Positions 31,761-32,000 of a DNA stretch of 32,000 nucleotides are shown here, piece after piece. The notes beneath the pieces were generated by a model. That model was not told the DNA's origin, did no database searches, and saw nothing but the letters and a program-made list of their open reading frames with translations. The stretch covers positions 2,331,127-2,363,126 of the forward strand of contig NC_004459.3 in the NCBI RefSeq assembly GCF_000039765.1, read 5' to 3'. A program made the translations under genes and the position numbers. How positions within the stretch are numbered: position 1 is the first letter of the stretch; each line of letters opens with the position of its first letter. The DNA is from Vibrio vulnificus CMCP6. GTDB taxonomy: Bacteria; Pseudomonadota; Gammaproteobacteria; Enterobacterales; Vibrionaceae.

Positions 31761-32000
31761 ATGCTAGGGCTAATGTTTTTGTTCGTCTGGCTCGCGTTGG
31801 GTGCGTGGTTGATACGCGCTCGACGTGAGAATACGAAACGAGAAAAGCAGCGTCACCGCTACCTTAAACCCTTAGTATCGGTGGAAAAAAAGCGTCCGCA
31901 ATGGCTCGCTTTTTACACGCGCTTGGAAACCTTATTGGGTACGTCCCGCTTGCAAAAGTACCGTTTGTACTTGGTCATGCTCACTGTAGGGCTGTTTATC
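31761..32000 (+). CDS. tadB: TadB (type II secretion F-family platform protein), 5' partial
   Basis: GGAGAG lies upstream of ATG 31761. The frame is open to the window end, with an N-terminal transmembrane helix MLGLMFLFVWLALGAWLI. The call rests mainly on position after tadA. Confidence 0.65.
   Translation, partial: MLGLMFLFVWLALGAWLIRARRENTKREKQRHRYLKPLVSVEKKRPQWLAFYTRLETLLGTSRLQKYRLYLVMLTVGLFI

Noticed and set aside
1-32000. Mobile genetic element, genomic island, CRISPR, tRNA or rRNA content
   Set aside because: I found no integrase, transposase or recombinase ORFs, no flanking direct repeats, no repeat-spacer arrays, no intergenic gap with tRNA-like structure, and no compositional break visible by eye. 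I could not compute GC skew or k-mer statistics.

Overview
The window looks like a gammaproteobacterial chromosomal segment. I think it is Vibrio-like, based on the MSHA-type pilin N-terminus, the flp/tad gene order and an intermediate GC content judged by eye; I cannot verify this without a database search. I saw no rRNA or tRNA genes, CRISPR arrays, transposases or integrases, and no obvious island boundaries.

Gene content from left to right:
- 1-6.8 kb: the tail of an exopolysaccharide locus. It encodes a Wzy/O-antigen-ligase-like polytopic membrane protein, three glycosyltransferases with coupled stop/start codons, a small membrane protein and a DUF4832-like lipoprotein.
- 6.8-7.3 kb: an orphan MSHA-type pilin gene on the minus strand.
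- 7.6-9.9 kb: an orphan NMT1/SsuA-like solute-binding protein tightly coupled to a HAMP-GGDEF diguanylate cyclase.
- 9.9-11.4 kb: a GNAT acetyltransferase, a convergent Tag-family glycosylase and a 57-aa lipoprotein that is missing from the ORF track.
- 11.5-16.9 kb: a minus-strand operon of a membrane-anchored DUF2760 protein followed by two paralogous non-canonical Hsp70-like ATPases (637 aa and 935 aa). No J-domain or GrpE partner is present in the window.
- 17.2-21.8 kb: a CHASE-GGDEF cyclase, a DEDDh exonuclease, a TerB-like protein, a very acidic 119-aa protein and a 434-aa outer-membrane protein.
- 21.8-25.7 kb: two secreted proteins with DUF1566-type motifs, one of them a 967-aa lipoprotein with EF-hand-like loops and an FN3-like module.
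- 25.9-32.0 kb: the start of a Flp/Tad pilus locus (flp, tadV, rcpC, rcpA, a lipoprotein, tadZ, tadA and partial tadB).

The best candidate for an undescribed system is the DUF2760-Hsp70-Hsp70 operon. Secondary candidates are the DUF1566 pair next to the tad locus and the solute-binding-protein/cyclase sensor pair.
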